Shown here piece by piece: positions 23,367 through 37,300 of a stretch of DNA of 64,000 bases. The stretch comes from Chlorokybus atmophyticus (taxonomy: Eukaryota > Plantae > Mesostigma and Chlorokybus algae). A program made the position numbers and the translations under genes. Below the pieces are notes generated by a model. It did not search any database. It worked only from the letters and a program-made list of their open reading frames with translations, and had not been told where the DNA came from. Within the stretch, counting starts at the first letter, position 1. Every line of letters begins with the position of its first letter. The stretch spans positions 163,243 to 227,242 of the forward strand of contig RHPI01001292.1 in NCBI GenBank assembly GCA_009103225.1. The letters are read 5' to 3'.

Positions 23367-25028
23367 TAGCTAGCCCTTTCATGTATATGACGATACAGTT
23401 GTGTACTTTGTAGCCTGCTTGCTGGCTTGGTGTGTAGTAGCGTCCGCAACAACACAAAGTGTATGCATTACAATTAGCCATGGACACTCATGCACACACA
23501 TGCTTGGACTTTAAGTAGTTTTGCATAAGCAAGGCAGATATATAAACAAACAACGTTGGTTTCACAGGCGCCTACACTGTGCGTATGGTATAGAGTTGGG
23601 TAGGTAATGCATGGTCATGCGCAGTCATGCACACACTCACGCATACAATTGGCAAGACATCAAGTTAACAGGGGCAAACTCAATTACACCAAGGGCCTAG
23701 GCTAGGTGCTCCATTGTGCTATGTGCAAATGCAAGGCGGGGCAGTGGGCAGGCAGGGCACTGGGTACCCAGGTACGAGCAAGCAGGCAGCACAATCGACC
23801 AACCAACCGGTTGCAATAAAGGCATGTGTGGCACAGCGTATTGAATAGTTGCATACATTGCGACATAGCCCATCTGGTTGGTTGGTTGCCTGCTGCTACC
23901 TCTCTTTTTCACCCAAACCCCTCATGCTCACCTCTTAGCCTCATTCACTTGGCAACGGCACATGGACTTTATTGCTTTTATTGTCGCTGTTTCTGGCCTT
24001 GCTGGTGCTGATGCTGGTTCTTGTGTGAGTGCTGTTGCTGTGCACACATTGCATCTGTATCAACTGGTCAGCCTATACAACGCCAACGGCGGTGGGGGCA
24101 TCTGACAGGACAACACACAGCACGCTTGCTTGACACGCCGACTGCAAGCCCAGCTCTAACGCCGAGCCTTGTGTGTTCAGGTTGGTTGTTTGCTGGCTTG
24201 AACGCCCCTGCCATCCGCTGCCTTGCCCCACACAGTGCATGCACATAGGGCACCTGGTTAGCATAAGCTAGGTTGTCAAGGCCCTGGGTGTAACAAAGCT
24301 GTTGCCTGCCTGCTCCTGTTTGCCTTGGTGCCTTATTTGCTTTGCCTGCTGCCTACACATGATGCACGGGTGCTGTGCATCACCACTACTACTTACACCT
24401 TATACATTCCAGTCTTCCTTACCTGCGCCAGCCATGCGGTTGGCGTGTGTGTTCTGTCGTAACACTGCAGCGGTATACGCACAAGAACGAGATATTTTTC
24501 AGCAATGTGTCATTCTCATCGATTGACGATTTACAGCATATCAACGTCCATTTTGCACCATCATCTCAGCCATTGTTTATTATCGCTATGGCTTTGAGGC
24601 CGTGTGCACGCGCATCATAATATATACTCAAAGAGATTGAGCGGAGAGATTCGCCTGCTATGCAATAGCTTAAGCAACATAATATGCGTCATCCACAAGT
24701 GGCGTTTTTGGCCATGCTCAGGTGCCAGCATCACACCAATAGCCGTAGTTTGCAGCTACTTGTTTTATCCTAGGCACGAGCTGCTTCAGTCAAGCGAAGG
24801 AAGAAACAATGCGGCTAATGGCTAGCATAAGCAATATTTATGGATATCCATGCCACAAGTAAAGTCTGAAGTGAACGTGATACTAGCATAGGCCACCGCT
24901 GTACCACAAATGTTCACGAATTGGGCAAGGAACTATACATCAAGTAGGGTGGCGCAGACGGCAATGAGCCTAGTAGCTAACCGACAAACTGTACAATGTT
25001 GCGCGCCTGAGTGCTGTTCCTGATGTAC

Positions 25029-28000
25029 TCAACCAGGAGGGGGTTGTGCATCTGCGGGTGAAGGCTGTGCTGAGGAGATGGACCTTCGCAAGACCGGGTG
25101 GGTTTTATGCGGGAGCACCAGGGAGGATATCGACCGGTGAACCTTCAGAGCAGAAGCCGTTGCTGCCGAGAGAGTGCCCGAAGACCGCAACTTGTGGATA
25201 ACTTTGCCAAAACTCCACCGCCTGGAGTCTGTGTGCGGCTGCTGATAGCTGACGCTTGCATCATGCGCGGGTGAGTCGTCCCCAGCTTGCCTTGGCGCTG
25301 TACCAGCATGTGATGCACCATTGGCACGGTCACCATTGCTGGCGAGCGAAGCTGCATGCGCCTGTTCGGCGAAGAATATGTCACTGGGCTTCCACCTTTT
25401 GTTAACGTGTGCCAGAGTGTTGTGCGATTGTTGTTGGTGTGTTGCGCTGACGGGGCTCTTGCCCTTGGCAGGTGCGGCAGCCAGCCGCAGCCGCGGTTCA
25501 AAAAGCGACTGGTCCATATCGATAATCTTGTACGAAGGCGGGGTCGTGTTGCCGAGCTCTTGCAACGAGCTTTCGCTGAGCACTGGTGAAAGCATGCCAG
25601 GTTCGCGCTTCAGATACACGCTATCCTCTTCATCGGAAGTCTGCATGCCGTCCATAACAGAGCCAACCTACCAGATGAGGCCTTAGCTTATATTCAAGAA
25701 CTGGGCACCACAGGTTGCTGCATCACAATGCAATCACATTCACAACAAGTAGCAAGCTGAATGAATAAATGGAAAAATGAATGCAACAGAGCTTGGCAAC
25801 GTTAGTACTTCAGTGTCGGCATCGGGAAGCTCGCTGCCTTCACTGTCACTGTTGCTTGAAGTGCTGGTGGCATCCCCTCCGTCATCACTTGAAACCATGT
25901 CATGGTCCTGCAATGATAGCCATCACTACAGGGAGCTTGTTCTGTTATGTGTTGCCTTAGGCAAGACTTGAAAGCACTGGGACTCAATAGCATGCAAGCT
26001 TCTCTCATTGTATGTGTCGCAGACAGCTTACCCTGTAGTCATAGAACCTTGCGGTGTCTGGGAACTCACACTCGAAACTCAGTACACGGGGAGTGGAGCT
26101 GCTTGTTGATGGTGTTGAGTTGCCGGCATCAAGGCCCCGCAATCTGGTGCCTCGAATGAGCTCTAAGTTGGCCTGGTTGAATGAACGCTCTCAGGATGCT
26201 GTCTCTGGGTATGTCTACTAACAACAGGCGACAATACCTTTGAGGACCATATCATCGCGGAATGCTGCTGCTGAAACTCTGCATGCACCAGTTTGGTAGT
26301 ATTTGTTGTAGCGTCCAGCAGCTGCTCTCCCTGAGTACGCCGGCGCAGACAGCCGAAGACAGTGGCATGAATGGCAACAACACTCCTATCCACATTGGTG
26401 TTGTCAATTTTTGGGATGAGTTTCTTGTCTGCACGCTGACACAGGTAGTCCTGCGATACATCATACAAACATGCATGTTACATACGTCTTGTCGCTAGCT
26501 GCTAACAGCCCAAGTTCAATACAGCAGACAGATTCATTTGCTTACCTGGATTGTGCGGATATTGCGTATGTACTTGATGTACTTGTTCTTCGCTGGTTCC
26601 AGCGTCATATACTTTGCACGTACAGCAAACCGCTCCCGATGCTTGCTCTCATTGCTGATGTAGATCAGGAATGGAACCACAGTGGGGTGTCTCCGCATGA
26701 GATTGACGACAAAGTTCAAGCTCAGATGCACGCCCTCAATCACCAAAGACTCCCGGCGCTTCTCGCATGCACCAATCAAGCGCTCCAGGCTGTCCATGAC
26801 CATCTCGCTCTGAGCTTTGTAGCCTTTCACAATACGCTGCTTGTCGGTCAGCGAAGCAGCAACGCTGCCATCAACGCCAGGCGCAGACTGCCAGACTTCT
26901 CCCGCATGGTATGTAGATGCCCATAGCAGAGGGTTCTCCGACTTGGGTGTAAAGCTTCTCAGCATGTGACGCACTGAATCCGTGGATACAACTGTGGTGA
27001 TTCCGAGACGACTGGCCAGAAGAGATGCAAGGGTTGACTTGCCACAGCCGCTCGTGCCACACAGTAACACTGTTACAGAAGCCCTCCTTTCCTTGATGCT
27101 GGGAGGCCAACATGCAGATTGAGATTGGTGCCGGAAAAAAGGCTATTGCAATAATACGTACAGCAGATGCAGGCATGCAGCAACTGCGCACATCCATACT
27201 TGACCTAGGTGTGTATTAAGCATTGCCCGGAGTGTTCCTCCAAGCCATACCTGCATGCGAGCATGACATCGTTGGTCAAGTCTTTTCCGGTGTAGTTGAA
27301 TTCAGCGAGGGCCTTTGCGACTTGGTCCAGAAAATGGCTGCGTGACACCCACAGAGCCTTGCCGCACAGCGCTGACGTGCTCAAGTGATCTTCGTCAGAG
27401 CCATTGACAGAAAGAGCATTGCCCCCAGCCGCTGCATATGCAATGTATAACTAGTCAACAAACCAAAATGGCCTCACACAGCTTGCAGTGGCTGTATTTT
27501 CACAGTGGCGAGGCAACGCCCACTTGGCATGTTTACAGTTGGCTAACCTGCCAAGGGCCCATCGCTTGAATCCCGGTCACTAGAAAGATCTGAGCCAACT
27601 GATATACCAGAAAAGCGGCCAGCACGAGACATGCCAGACGCAGCATTGCCTTGCCGACCATTACCACCAGTAAGCCTGCAACGCACACAAATGCGGCATT
27701 TTGTATGGGTATAAAAAATGCACGATGAATTGCGCCACTCACCCATGGATGCCACCAGTAGCAGCAGAGGTGCTGACGTCACAAAGGCAATGGTCAAAGC
27801 TAGTGCGAGGAACATGCCGCAGTCGACCGTCACCTGGCCTGGCAAAGCCAGCGTGGCGAGAAGACCCAACATAATGCGCAGTCTTTGCAGCACCCACCAG
27901 CCTCTCCCAGATCCTGTCACTTATCTGCACAACGCAGGAAGTGCATGTCAAAGGTAGAAACCAGCATCGTCAATGAAAACCACACATATGCTGTTGTGAG

Positions 28001-28172
28001 CTGACTGTCTTACCTTCTGAGCATGGCGTGGTTTCACAACCATAAGCTGCAGCATGGAAGTAAGCTGCGAGCGCGTATATCTTGCATGGCCACATCGCTT
28101 GCGCCGAGCACTTGGGGAGCCCTCTTCGCACACGTATATGTACTGAAGGGCCCCTTGTGCGTCATGCGACAT
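25029..28172 (-). CDS. LPA1: LPA1-like P-loop NTPase (2-phosphoglycerate kinase-related, low-phytic-acid-1 family); start uncertain
   Basis: [23 protein letters not shown]; DVMLACR|..[41 protein letters not shown] (Walker A); GYKAQSEMV; [11 protein letters not shown]; [31 protein letters not shown]|[20 protein letters not shown]. Confidence 0.9.
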
Positions 28173-29212
28173 TCGCACCAGCACCTGACGTAACAGCATT
28201 GTCAGCACACAGACAGCCCCATTGCCAAGCGCCCCCTCACTACTCTGACTGCATGCAACTTCCGTCCAACCGCCACTAATTCGTGAACGTGGTCGTCAAT
28301 TTCTAACGCAACAGCAATGGCACTAACGTCAATTTCGATAACATGCAACGCAAATGTGCAGTTACGCGACTGCCGCCAATGGGCAAGCACAGCACTCTGA
28401 AAGCGTCCCGACTACAGACCCGCATATGCTTTGCAAAGACAGCACGGTCACAGCCCTTCAAGTCGTGCAAAAGTCCAATCTGCACTAGCAACCAGAACCC
28501 GACAGTAGTCGTGTGAAACACCTTGGAAAATACGCCCTTCTTGTACTGTTGAAACTAACAAGGCTCAGTGCTTACCGTGAGCTTCTGAGCTCTCTACAGC
28601 TGTTGTTGCTGACAGCGACAGCGCCATGCGCCGCCTCGCTGCTGAGCAACCTGGCGTTGTGCTACCTGCCGCTGCTGGCCAATGCCTGCGGTGTAATGTG
28701 TAGATTCCACAAGCGCAGCCGGCCTGTGCAGCAACGCTGCGTCACAGCTCCTAGTAGAGCTGCCTGTCAGCGTGAAAATTGGTCTAGCAAGCAGGCTAAC
28801 AGCTGTCACCAAGGTAGGCAGGCGCCCGACCAGAACCTACTTGGGCCACTTCCCCCCAGCTCACTGCAGCTGTCCCTCACTCAACCAGCTGCAAGGAGCC
28901 CTCAATGCCCTAAACCCCACGACGTCCAACTCCCCCGCCGCCGCCCCCCCCGCCGCCAGCAAGTGCACCCTCCACCGTACTACCGACCTGATGGCTAATC
29001 CTGGGCTGTTTGTCCCCTGCTCCAAATCAAAAATTGTTTGTTTCGGTGCCGTGATTGGGGCTGGGTTGCCGCCAGGGGACTGCGCTACCGCGGTCAGCGG
29101 GTACGTCGCGTGGCCGCGCTATACGCAAGGGCATCTACCTGGGTACAAGCATGTGTGTGCCACAATATCAATCTCTTTCACCTTCCTGAAGACTTCAAGT
29201 TCCTGTCATGAG

Positions 29213-30900
29213 TAGGGCTGGGGCCGAACCTAGGTTTGGGCATGACCGAACGAACAAAAAACAAGAACATGAACAATATTACTTTTAAGGGTTCATATAA
29301 CCTTATTTAGTTCTTGCAAAACAAGCGACATTCACGAGTAATAACGAACCGTTGATAACAACCAAATCTACAAACGAATCGTTTGATTTGATAAATTGTA
29401 CATGCATATTGAAAGGCATGTATTTATCAACACGATCACATGCATCATCCAGCACAAAGCATTGAAAGGTGTATGGCGTGTATTTTGCTACACGATATGT
29501 TCATGAAATCGTGTATTGAACATGGGTGTGACGTCCAGTCACGTGGCGTCACATATCATGCAGAGTCACGCATCAAGACAGCGTAAGCATGCATGATACT
29601 GCGTGACTGCAAAAGGTTTGTTCGCTATATGCGCCATGCATAGAGATCGTTCTTTTCAACAGCGAGAGAGAGAGTGAGAGTGAGAGTGAGAGAGAGAGAG
29701 AGAGAGAGAGAAAGGTCATAATAATGCATGTTTGCTGTAGGTGCAAGCTTATGATTTTTGATTGCATATGTACAAGATACATGTAAAAGAACAATACAAA
29801 AATCAAATATATCTAATGTTATAAAGAGGTAACTATAACTCACAGTTCTCGCATATATATGCATACATTAACCTATACAAACTTTTTATATGTTAATTAA
29901 GACGTGCTTTTATTCATCCGTAGTGCAGCTTAACAAAAAGGTTTATGATTTCAATTTGCATTTTTATGATATTATTAATAAAAAAGAGCAAGTGTTCTCA
30001 TACACAGCTAAGAGTGTATGAATAATCAAAACTTATATTTAACATGATGCATCTGTCGATCATATGCACAGCATGTTGTGCTTATGAACATAAAAGTGAA
30101 TGTGCAGTAACTGCATATGCGTGCATTTATTGCAAGTGTTTTAATTGCAAATATTATAGCAGTTACTAACTCAAATGCCATGCCAGAATCCCATATAATT
30201 ATTGATGCAAGAATTTAACGATGCGACAAGCATTGATCATGACCATTGCGCATGATAGAAGATATTGAATAATGGTCGACATTTTAAATAAACCTTCGGT
30301 TGGTTTGAAACGTTTTGAATCTACTTGGATGGTGCATTAAGCTTTATTATCTCGCCGTTTGCGCCGCGACATAACGTGACAATGATCATTTGAGTGTGTA
30401 TAGTGTCTATATACCAAAGCATGCTTTGATAAACACAAGCTATGTATGTATAACTTGTTGTCTATGATATCTCACGCTATAGATACGTACATACTTATAA
30501 CATGCGTCAGATATAAAGGAATCTGTACGGTTAAAGACTCTATTTAATAACATTATGCATGGCATGCATAATTGTACTATAAATGTAAACTTCAAGCAAT
30601 AAAAGAAATCATGTACTACGTTTATGCGGTTGCAATGAAAAATGTTGTCAACCATTTGCATATTACAGTGTTTTCATATCACACTCTCGCGCTGCTAAGG
30701 TGGAGTATATGTTATCATTCAACAAAATAATAGCATACGTTTCACAACGACCGGTAATCGGTGAATATTACTGATAACTAAAATTATATAACTTGAAGTG
30801 CTTCAAATATGTGTTTCTTTGAGAGAGGACCATACCTGTTCAAGTGATTGACAATGCCTTCTGATAATGACCAGCAATTATACAAGTCAAATGGTGGCAC
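29213..30900. mobile_element. AT-rich TE-like tract with hAT-like left end, between the divergent LPA1 and MYCBPAP genes
   Basis: Abrupt drop in GC from 29213, starting TAGGGCTGGGG followed by repeated CCGAAC (hAT-like terminus and subterminal motifs). No matching right TIR or TSD confirmed and no transposase ORF. Confidence 0.35.
29664..29711. repeat. (GA)n microsatellite
   Basis: gagagagagagtgagagtgagagtgagagagagagagagagagagaga. Confidence 0.95.
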
Positions 30901-31065
30901 AAAATGTAACAGTTTACATTTGTTCCGCTCATTAGCCTTCCGTTAGAGTTCGTCGTTCGTCGAGGCCAACTTGGCTCGTCACGTGACCAGCTACTTGCAA
31001 CCCTAGTTGCGGCTGCCACGTGGCGCTGTGCCGCAGCGGCGGCGGCGGGGGTGGCGGTGGGGAGC

Positions 31066-34000
31066 ATGGCGGCAGCGGTGGCGGCAGCGTCAAGAGTAAT
31101 AGGAGGAGGGGGAGATAGATCTGGCAACATAGGTGGCGGGGGCGGGGGCGGGGGCGGACTTGGCAGAACAACCCGCCACCTGTACACAGTCAGACGCAAA
31201 CGCACCAGTGCACAGAATGACAATGACGGAGTGAACTCGTCATTTGGGTATGAACACGCTTTTAACTTCCCGTATGAAAATTGACATACATAATCATAAC
31301 CACTTGACTCCTGGATTTGCAGGGATGGCACATTGCTGGGAACGCTGAGGCGGGCAGTGTCCCCGTCCCCAGAACCGTCGACAGCAGCCGCTTCCTCCTC
31401 TGCCGCAAACAACAACAATGACGACAACCAAGCATCATCCTCCGCTATTTTTGGGAGCAAAGAAGAGTATGAGGAAGGCTTGCGTCTGTGGGGAGGCGGA
31501 AGCAGCAGCGCACGCAATAGTGAGGTGAATACACGCCCTGTGTGCGTGTGCGTGTGCGTGTGCGTGTGCGTGTGCGTGTATGTGAATGTATCAAGTTGTG
31601 TGTGCACGGTTTATTACATGCACACGCACATGCACGTGCGCATGCACCGACCCACCTACTCACACAGTACCGCGCTCACGCACATCCAAACGCACATTCG
31701 CACACACACAGGGCGAGTAATTACCAGCGTTGCAAGCCTATGCGCGATGTGACACACACACACACATACTCGCACGCACACATATGAAAACCCATGCACG
31801 CATATGCAGTGTGTGCGTATATGCATGCGGGCTTGTGTGTGCGTACAAGTACACCTAACTCTTAACACTCCTGACACAGGGTGGCGATGCACCACAGCAA
31901 GAGGACAGCGCCGCAACAGCTGGCACTGCAGCCAGCGGCGATGCCACGGACGCCATGCCTGCGGATCTGGACGCCGACAACATCCCTCCCGACATCGCCG
32001 CTGCCATCGCCTCCTCCCCCTCTCTTCTCTTAGCGTACCGCAAATGCGCCACACGTCGCGCAGAAGCCGCGAGCCAACTCTCTCGCCTGCGTGCCACGCG
32101 CGTGTTGGGCAACACACTTTCCGGCGGCGAACACAACATCACCACACACCCACATGATAACTTCTCCCACCTGGCGGGTGGCGCCAGCTGGCACGCCTCG
32201 CGCGAAGAGGGAAGGCAGGACAGAGCTCTCCACCGTTGGGAGGCTGCGAGCGCTGAGTGGGAGAGGGTGGAGACCATGTTGTCCCGGCGTACGGGGAAGG
32301 CGCGGGACGAGTTGGCGATGGGGGCGGCGAGGATAGAGAGGGGGAGGAGGAGGGTGGAAGACACGGAGCTGTTACTCAGGGCCATACCGGTCCAACGCAA
32401 GTATGAGGGATACGCCGTGTGGCGCATGAGTCTGCGGGACAACTGGACACGCTATGTGCCCGTTGGCAATGCCTTCTCGGGACTGTATTGTCCAGTCTAT
32501 GAGCACAAGGCCGACCCTGTTGAGCGCGTGTACCGACACAACGTTGGCAAGGAGGGTTTACTCTCTCACTCTGCCGATGCCCAAGACAACAACAACGCCG
32601 AGGACGAGGACGACTCGGACAACAACAACAACAATATCGATATCGATAAGCATACCCACAATCACATGGGTGTGGTGAGGAGGAGTTTGGCTCGCGGTTG
32701 GGACAAGTCTCCCTTTCTGCTAAAGAGGAGGAGGCAATATGCTGGCGCGATGAACGCCATCAACCCCGACAGCAACTACAACAACATCAACATCAACACC
32801 AACAACAGCGTGGAGGAGGCCCCCGCCCTCGTGGAGGGCAGAAGCGTGGAGGCCGCATTACACGCTATTGCCAACGAGCCCATCACACTCGACGAGGTGA
32901 AGGCTGTTGCAGCCGCCCTTGCTGAGGGTCACACCCTTCCCGATGATGATGAGGAAGAGGACATACATGTTGACATTGACACAACCCTCGCAACAGATGC
33001 CTTCTCATCCTCTTCTTCATCACAACCAGCTCAAGACCCTAATAGTGTTCCCGGCCCGGCCGTTAGGTTGACAAGCTCCTTTCTTAGCTTCACATGTGTG
33101 CCGGGTGCAACATCACGCCGCACCTTCCAGTTGATGAACTGCGGGTCCACAGCGCTGTATTACGATTGGGTGTGCGACAACGACACAACAACCGACCACA
33201 TACCCACATTGTCAACATCCTCAACTCACAAGCCGCACTTCTTCTTCCCCGAGCAAAGCGGAGTGCTGCTCCCGGGCGACATAAAGCAGTTCACGGTGAC
33301 GTTCAAGACCAACATGCCGGGCGTGTTTTTCGCTCAATACGTGCTCACCACGCGGCCAATCCTCCCGGCACTACTGCAGCCAGTTGTGCGCATGCACGGC
33401 ACGTGTGTCGACGAGGACACATTCAAGCTGCACAGGAGAAGACTTGAGGAGGACCTTTCTGCCAGGGAGAAGATGCATCACATTGGAAGTGCTATTGAGA
33501 AGATTTTCGCCGGCGTGAACACGCCTCTCGACAGGTCTATCGGTGGTGTTGCCAGTGGCAATGAGGTGGATATAAGCGATGACAGCGATGTCGAGAAGAA
33601 GGCTCTGTTCACTGCTGCGAATGCGAGCCATTGGCCGCCGCTGTATTACGCAAAGGGCGTGTATGTTGGCATTGAAGAGGTGGTAGCGGAGGCGTGTTCT
33701 GCGGTAATGCGCGAGCACGAAGAGGCAAGCATTCATGAGTCCACAGCTGCTATCGACAATGACTCCAACAACAACAATAGTAGTGTTGATGTCCCCTCTT
33801 CATGGGACGGTTCTATCGCCACGGCCAGTGCGCTGATCGACCGTATACAAGACGAGTACCTCGCTTCGGACCTGAGAGACAGAGTCGACAAGCTCGTCAA
33901 CGACGCCGCCATCACCAGCAACAACACCCACATCGTCCACGGCGTGGTGTACAGGTCCCTCCTCGCCATTGCAGAAAACATACAAGCACATGCATCCGAG

Positions 34001-34369
34001 GCCGAGACCAAGGCCGAGGTCGAGGCCGATGATGATAACCACAATGAAGCCCGCACACGTGAGCACATGTGTGAAGAATTTGGTGAGTTTGAGGCTCGGT
34101 GCCGGCTGGCGAGGGCGGAGGTGGGCAATGCGCTGGACAGGAAGGCGGAGGGGGTGGCGACGGGCAATGACGGGAATGGTGATGAGGAGGAGGTCAGGTG
34201 GGAGGTGTTCAGGCTCCAGAGGATGAAGAAGGCGCTGCTGAAGAGGGATGTGGAGAGGAGCCGGAAAGAAGAAGCCGGAGATAGAGGTGGAGCTGCTTCT
34301 AGGGAAGAAAGCAGCAGCGGCCTGCAGGAGCGGATTCGGGCGCTTCTTGCACAAAACTACCCTTACTAA
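31066..34369 (+). CDS. MYCBPAP: MYCBP-associated protein (MYCBPAP/AMAP-1; Chlamydomonas FAP147-like ciliary protein)
   Basis: Two short exons plus one 2.5-kb exon (31880-34369). Motifs RWEAASAEWERVETMLSRRTGK..ELAMG, RYVPVGNAFSGLY, TFQLMNCGSTALYYDW, FFFPEQSGVLLPGDIKQFTVTFKTNMPGVFFAQYVLTTRP, VRMHGTCV. Confidence 0.85.
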
Positions 34370-35394
34370 TCTGGTCAGTCAACAGCTGTACAGCGTATGA
34401 TTATATGTACTAATGGGTTTTTCCGCTGATGGTGCATCTTCCCAATGCCCCAGTTGCCCGGCAGTGTGCAAACAGCTCTGGCGATAAAGCCGAGTACATG
34501 AGACTGATGGAAGCATGCGGGTGCAAGGCACGCTTGTGCATAGTGCATTGCAAACACAAGGTTTACTCTAGTTTGCATATGATACACGGCAATCTGCCCA
34601 ATGCACTGTAAGCCTTGTTGCTGATGGATTATGCCAGTGTTGATAGGGATTGGTGTAAGTGCCTTACTTTGGATAGCACGCCCCATGTTGTCACTGCAAC
34701 CTGTGTAGACTTGTTGAAAAGATGCCGCCATATGCCAACAATAACAACTACACCAACTAAGCACACATTACATAACACAAGAGTTCACATCCTACTATTA
34801 AGCAGGACTGCCGTCACAGGCATATGTCCTACTGCGCTCTCAGGTTGACTTGCAAACGTTGCTGCCTGCCTGCCTGCTACCTGCCACGTTGCTGCCTGAG
34901 GTCTCAGGTTATGTGTGTGCTGTGTGGTACAACTCTGTGTTGGCCCGCACTCAATTCAGTTTGCTGTGTGCTTGCTGGCTTGCACTGCATTGGCCCCTAC
35001 GGTGGAGTTTGCTTTGGCAATTCTTATGTTTGCTATGTGTTGCTCACATTGCTGAAATGCGGACAGACTACCCTTGAGCAAGCCGCTTATCTTGTCATAA
35101 TCTATGAACGGCTTCACAATCACGAGAACAATTACCAGCCAACGCGGCTGCCACTATGTCAGCAAGTACAGCATTTGCAACAGCTTACTTATCACTAGAG
35201 TAAGAACCCAACCTCCCAAACCGATGAACAACTTGAACTCTGTACACTCGAACTTCTTTGGCACCCAAACTCTCAAATTGTTCCAACAGATAGCCCACAA
35301 GCCAGCCGGATCTGCGTCACACTTGCCAAAACCGCCATTGCACCCTCTCTTCTAATCGAAAACAGCCTACAACTACCCTACCCTAACAGCGTGC

Positions 35395-36793
35395 TTACTT
35401 GCGCTTCTGTGGCAAAGGCGGCGGAGTCAATTTTCTGAAGAAGGCGTGTCCAAGCACCACTGAGCCATGAAGACAGAGTGAGGACACAGTGGTATGTACA
35501 ACAGCACACTTGGTGACACTTCCGCTGAACGAAATAGCATGACACATGGCAGCAAAAATGGCAAGACCAACTGCCATATGCGGAAAGGTGGGTGTTCTCT
35601 CTTACTCAAACAGCAGATAAGCAGTCCCAATAGCAGCGCTGTGGACACGTTGGCCAGTATGGCCACCACCCAAGAGACTGCAAAGAATGGGCGTCATTGA
35701 GGCATATAACCAAACATCATGATACCCTTCAGGCATACTACGCCAGTAGGGATGCATTGGGACACAAAGGCAAGCATAGTTTCCAACTTACATCCACTTG
35801 GCACTTACATAAAGTGACGACAGTGTGTTGAAACCTGTACATTCGCCCATCCCGCCTTGCCGGGCTTGATGCTAATAGCCGCCAAGCCAACGCGCCGCAA
35901 GCCAAGCCCATCAACGCCACCGGTCGTTCTATTCTGTACATGCGGGTGCATTGCAGCACATTGTGTGAGCACATTAACGATACCAGTCAACAATGGTACA
36001 CGCTGTATTGCTGGGGAAGCAAGAAGCATTGTCACTTACAGCACGCCAATGAAGATGAGCAGCACGATGATAATGTAGTTTCCAATGTACAAGTGCGAGT
36101 TGAACTGCAAGCGCAGCTTGGCCTCCATATAACTTCGAGGCAAGCAGTAAGAGTAGCGCACGCCACCAAAGAACTCTTGCCAGGGCGCAGCGGGCTTTAA
36201 CAGTTCCTATGAACAAGAGATTTCACGTACAGTTGTGTGTACAGAGAATGCAATCCGGTGATATTTGTACTTTACGTATGTATCAACATAAACGGTAGCA
36301 CCCATGGCAGAAGTTTGCTGCAAACTTTCGACAAGGCTACTTGGATGCAGCAAACTGCCCCAAAATAGCGATTGCAACAATCTTGAAATGCAAACAGCCA
36401 AAGTAAAAGAGGCATATTGAGTGCCAGTTCGATCTCACAATTAAGCATAGAAGCTTGCTGGCCTTTCTCATCTCAATGCACACGCAACTGAGCTGCCTCA
36501 CATTGCATGCATGCAAATTCACACGACACGAGGTACAAATGGGTGAGACATTGGTAACTATTCACATGCAGCGTGGTTATCGAGCAGATAGAGCCTGGGA
36601 AAGCATGAGCACATGCCTGGACAGCAGCCTGCGCTTCGGGCGTAGAAACGTCAGGCTGATGCTGTTGCTGCTGCTGACGCCGTCGGCGGCGCTTATGCCC
36701 GTCATGCTCATCAGCTGGACCAGCATCATAGATCCACGCGTGCAGCTCGTCATCGGGCACGCACAGCGACAAAGGATTGGATGCAAACGACAT
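35395..36793 (-). CDS. PRA1H: Prenylated Rab acceptor family protein, PRA1.H-like
   Basis: MSFASNPLSLCVPD..W at the N-terminus; PWQEFFG..YSYCLPRSYMEAKLRLQFN..NY; RPVALMGL; C-terminal VLGHAFFRKLTPP..KRK*. Both ends match the plant PRA1.H pattern. Confidence 0.85.
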
Positions 36794-37300
36794 GCTTCCC
36801 AACCCCTGACCCCTCAAGCAAGCAAGCAAGCACCTTGAACCCTAGCCTGGCTTGCACACCACCCACCCTAATCAGATCCGCCAAAGTCCAAGCTCCAACA
36901 AGCCCAAGCGTCAGCGTCAAACCGTCTGTTGCACCGCGTCCCACGACACGCCTCCGCCTCAACCTCCTCGACCGCCGTCCCCGCCGCCGCCACAGCGAGC
37001 TCTGCCTCCAGCCGCAACCGTGACAAGTGCCACGTGGTAAAGGTACCGCGTCAAGTAACCGCGGTCTGGTAAAACTAACGCGACGACCTTCGCCATGGCA
37101 GGCGCAACTTTATCGGTAGTCAGCGGGGAGGTTACTTAACCGTGGTTTAGCATCGTGCCAGTGCTAGTGCTGACGCCCAAGCGACGACGACGGCGACGGG
37201 GGTGGCGGTGACGGCGAGGAGGTCCCTGGCGGTGATGGCTGGGGGTGGGAACCTGCGCAGGTGTGCAGGTAGGTAGTGCTGGCGACGACGGTGAGGGGCC

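Noticed and set aside
30998-31005. CAACCCTA as a possible right TIR for the hAT-like end at 29213
   Set aside because: Only 7/8 match, and the flanking 8-mers (gtcatgag vs gttgcggc) do not form a target-site duplication.
33733-34354. Long antisense ORFs opposite MYCBPAP (similarly 154-693, 56885-57376)
   Set aside because: Shadow ORFs of GC-rich coding exons with no recognisable motifs.
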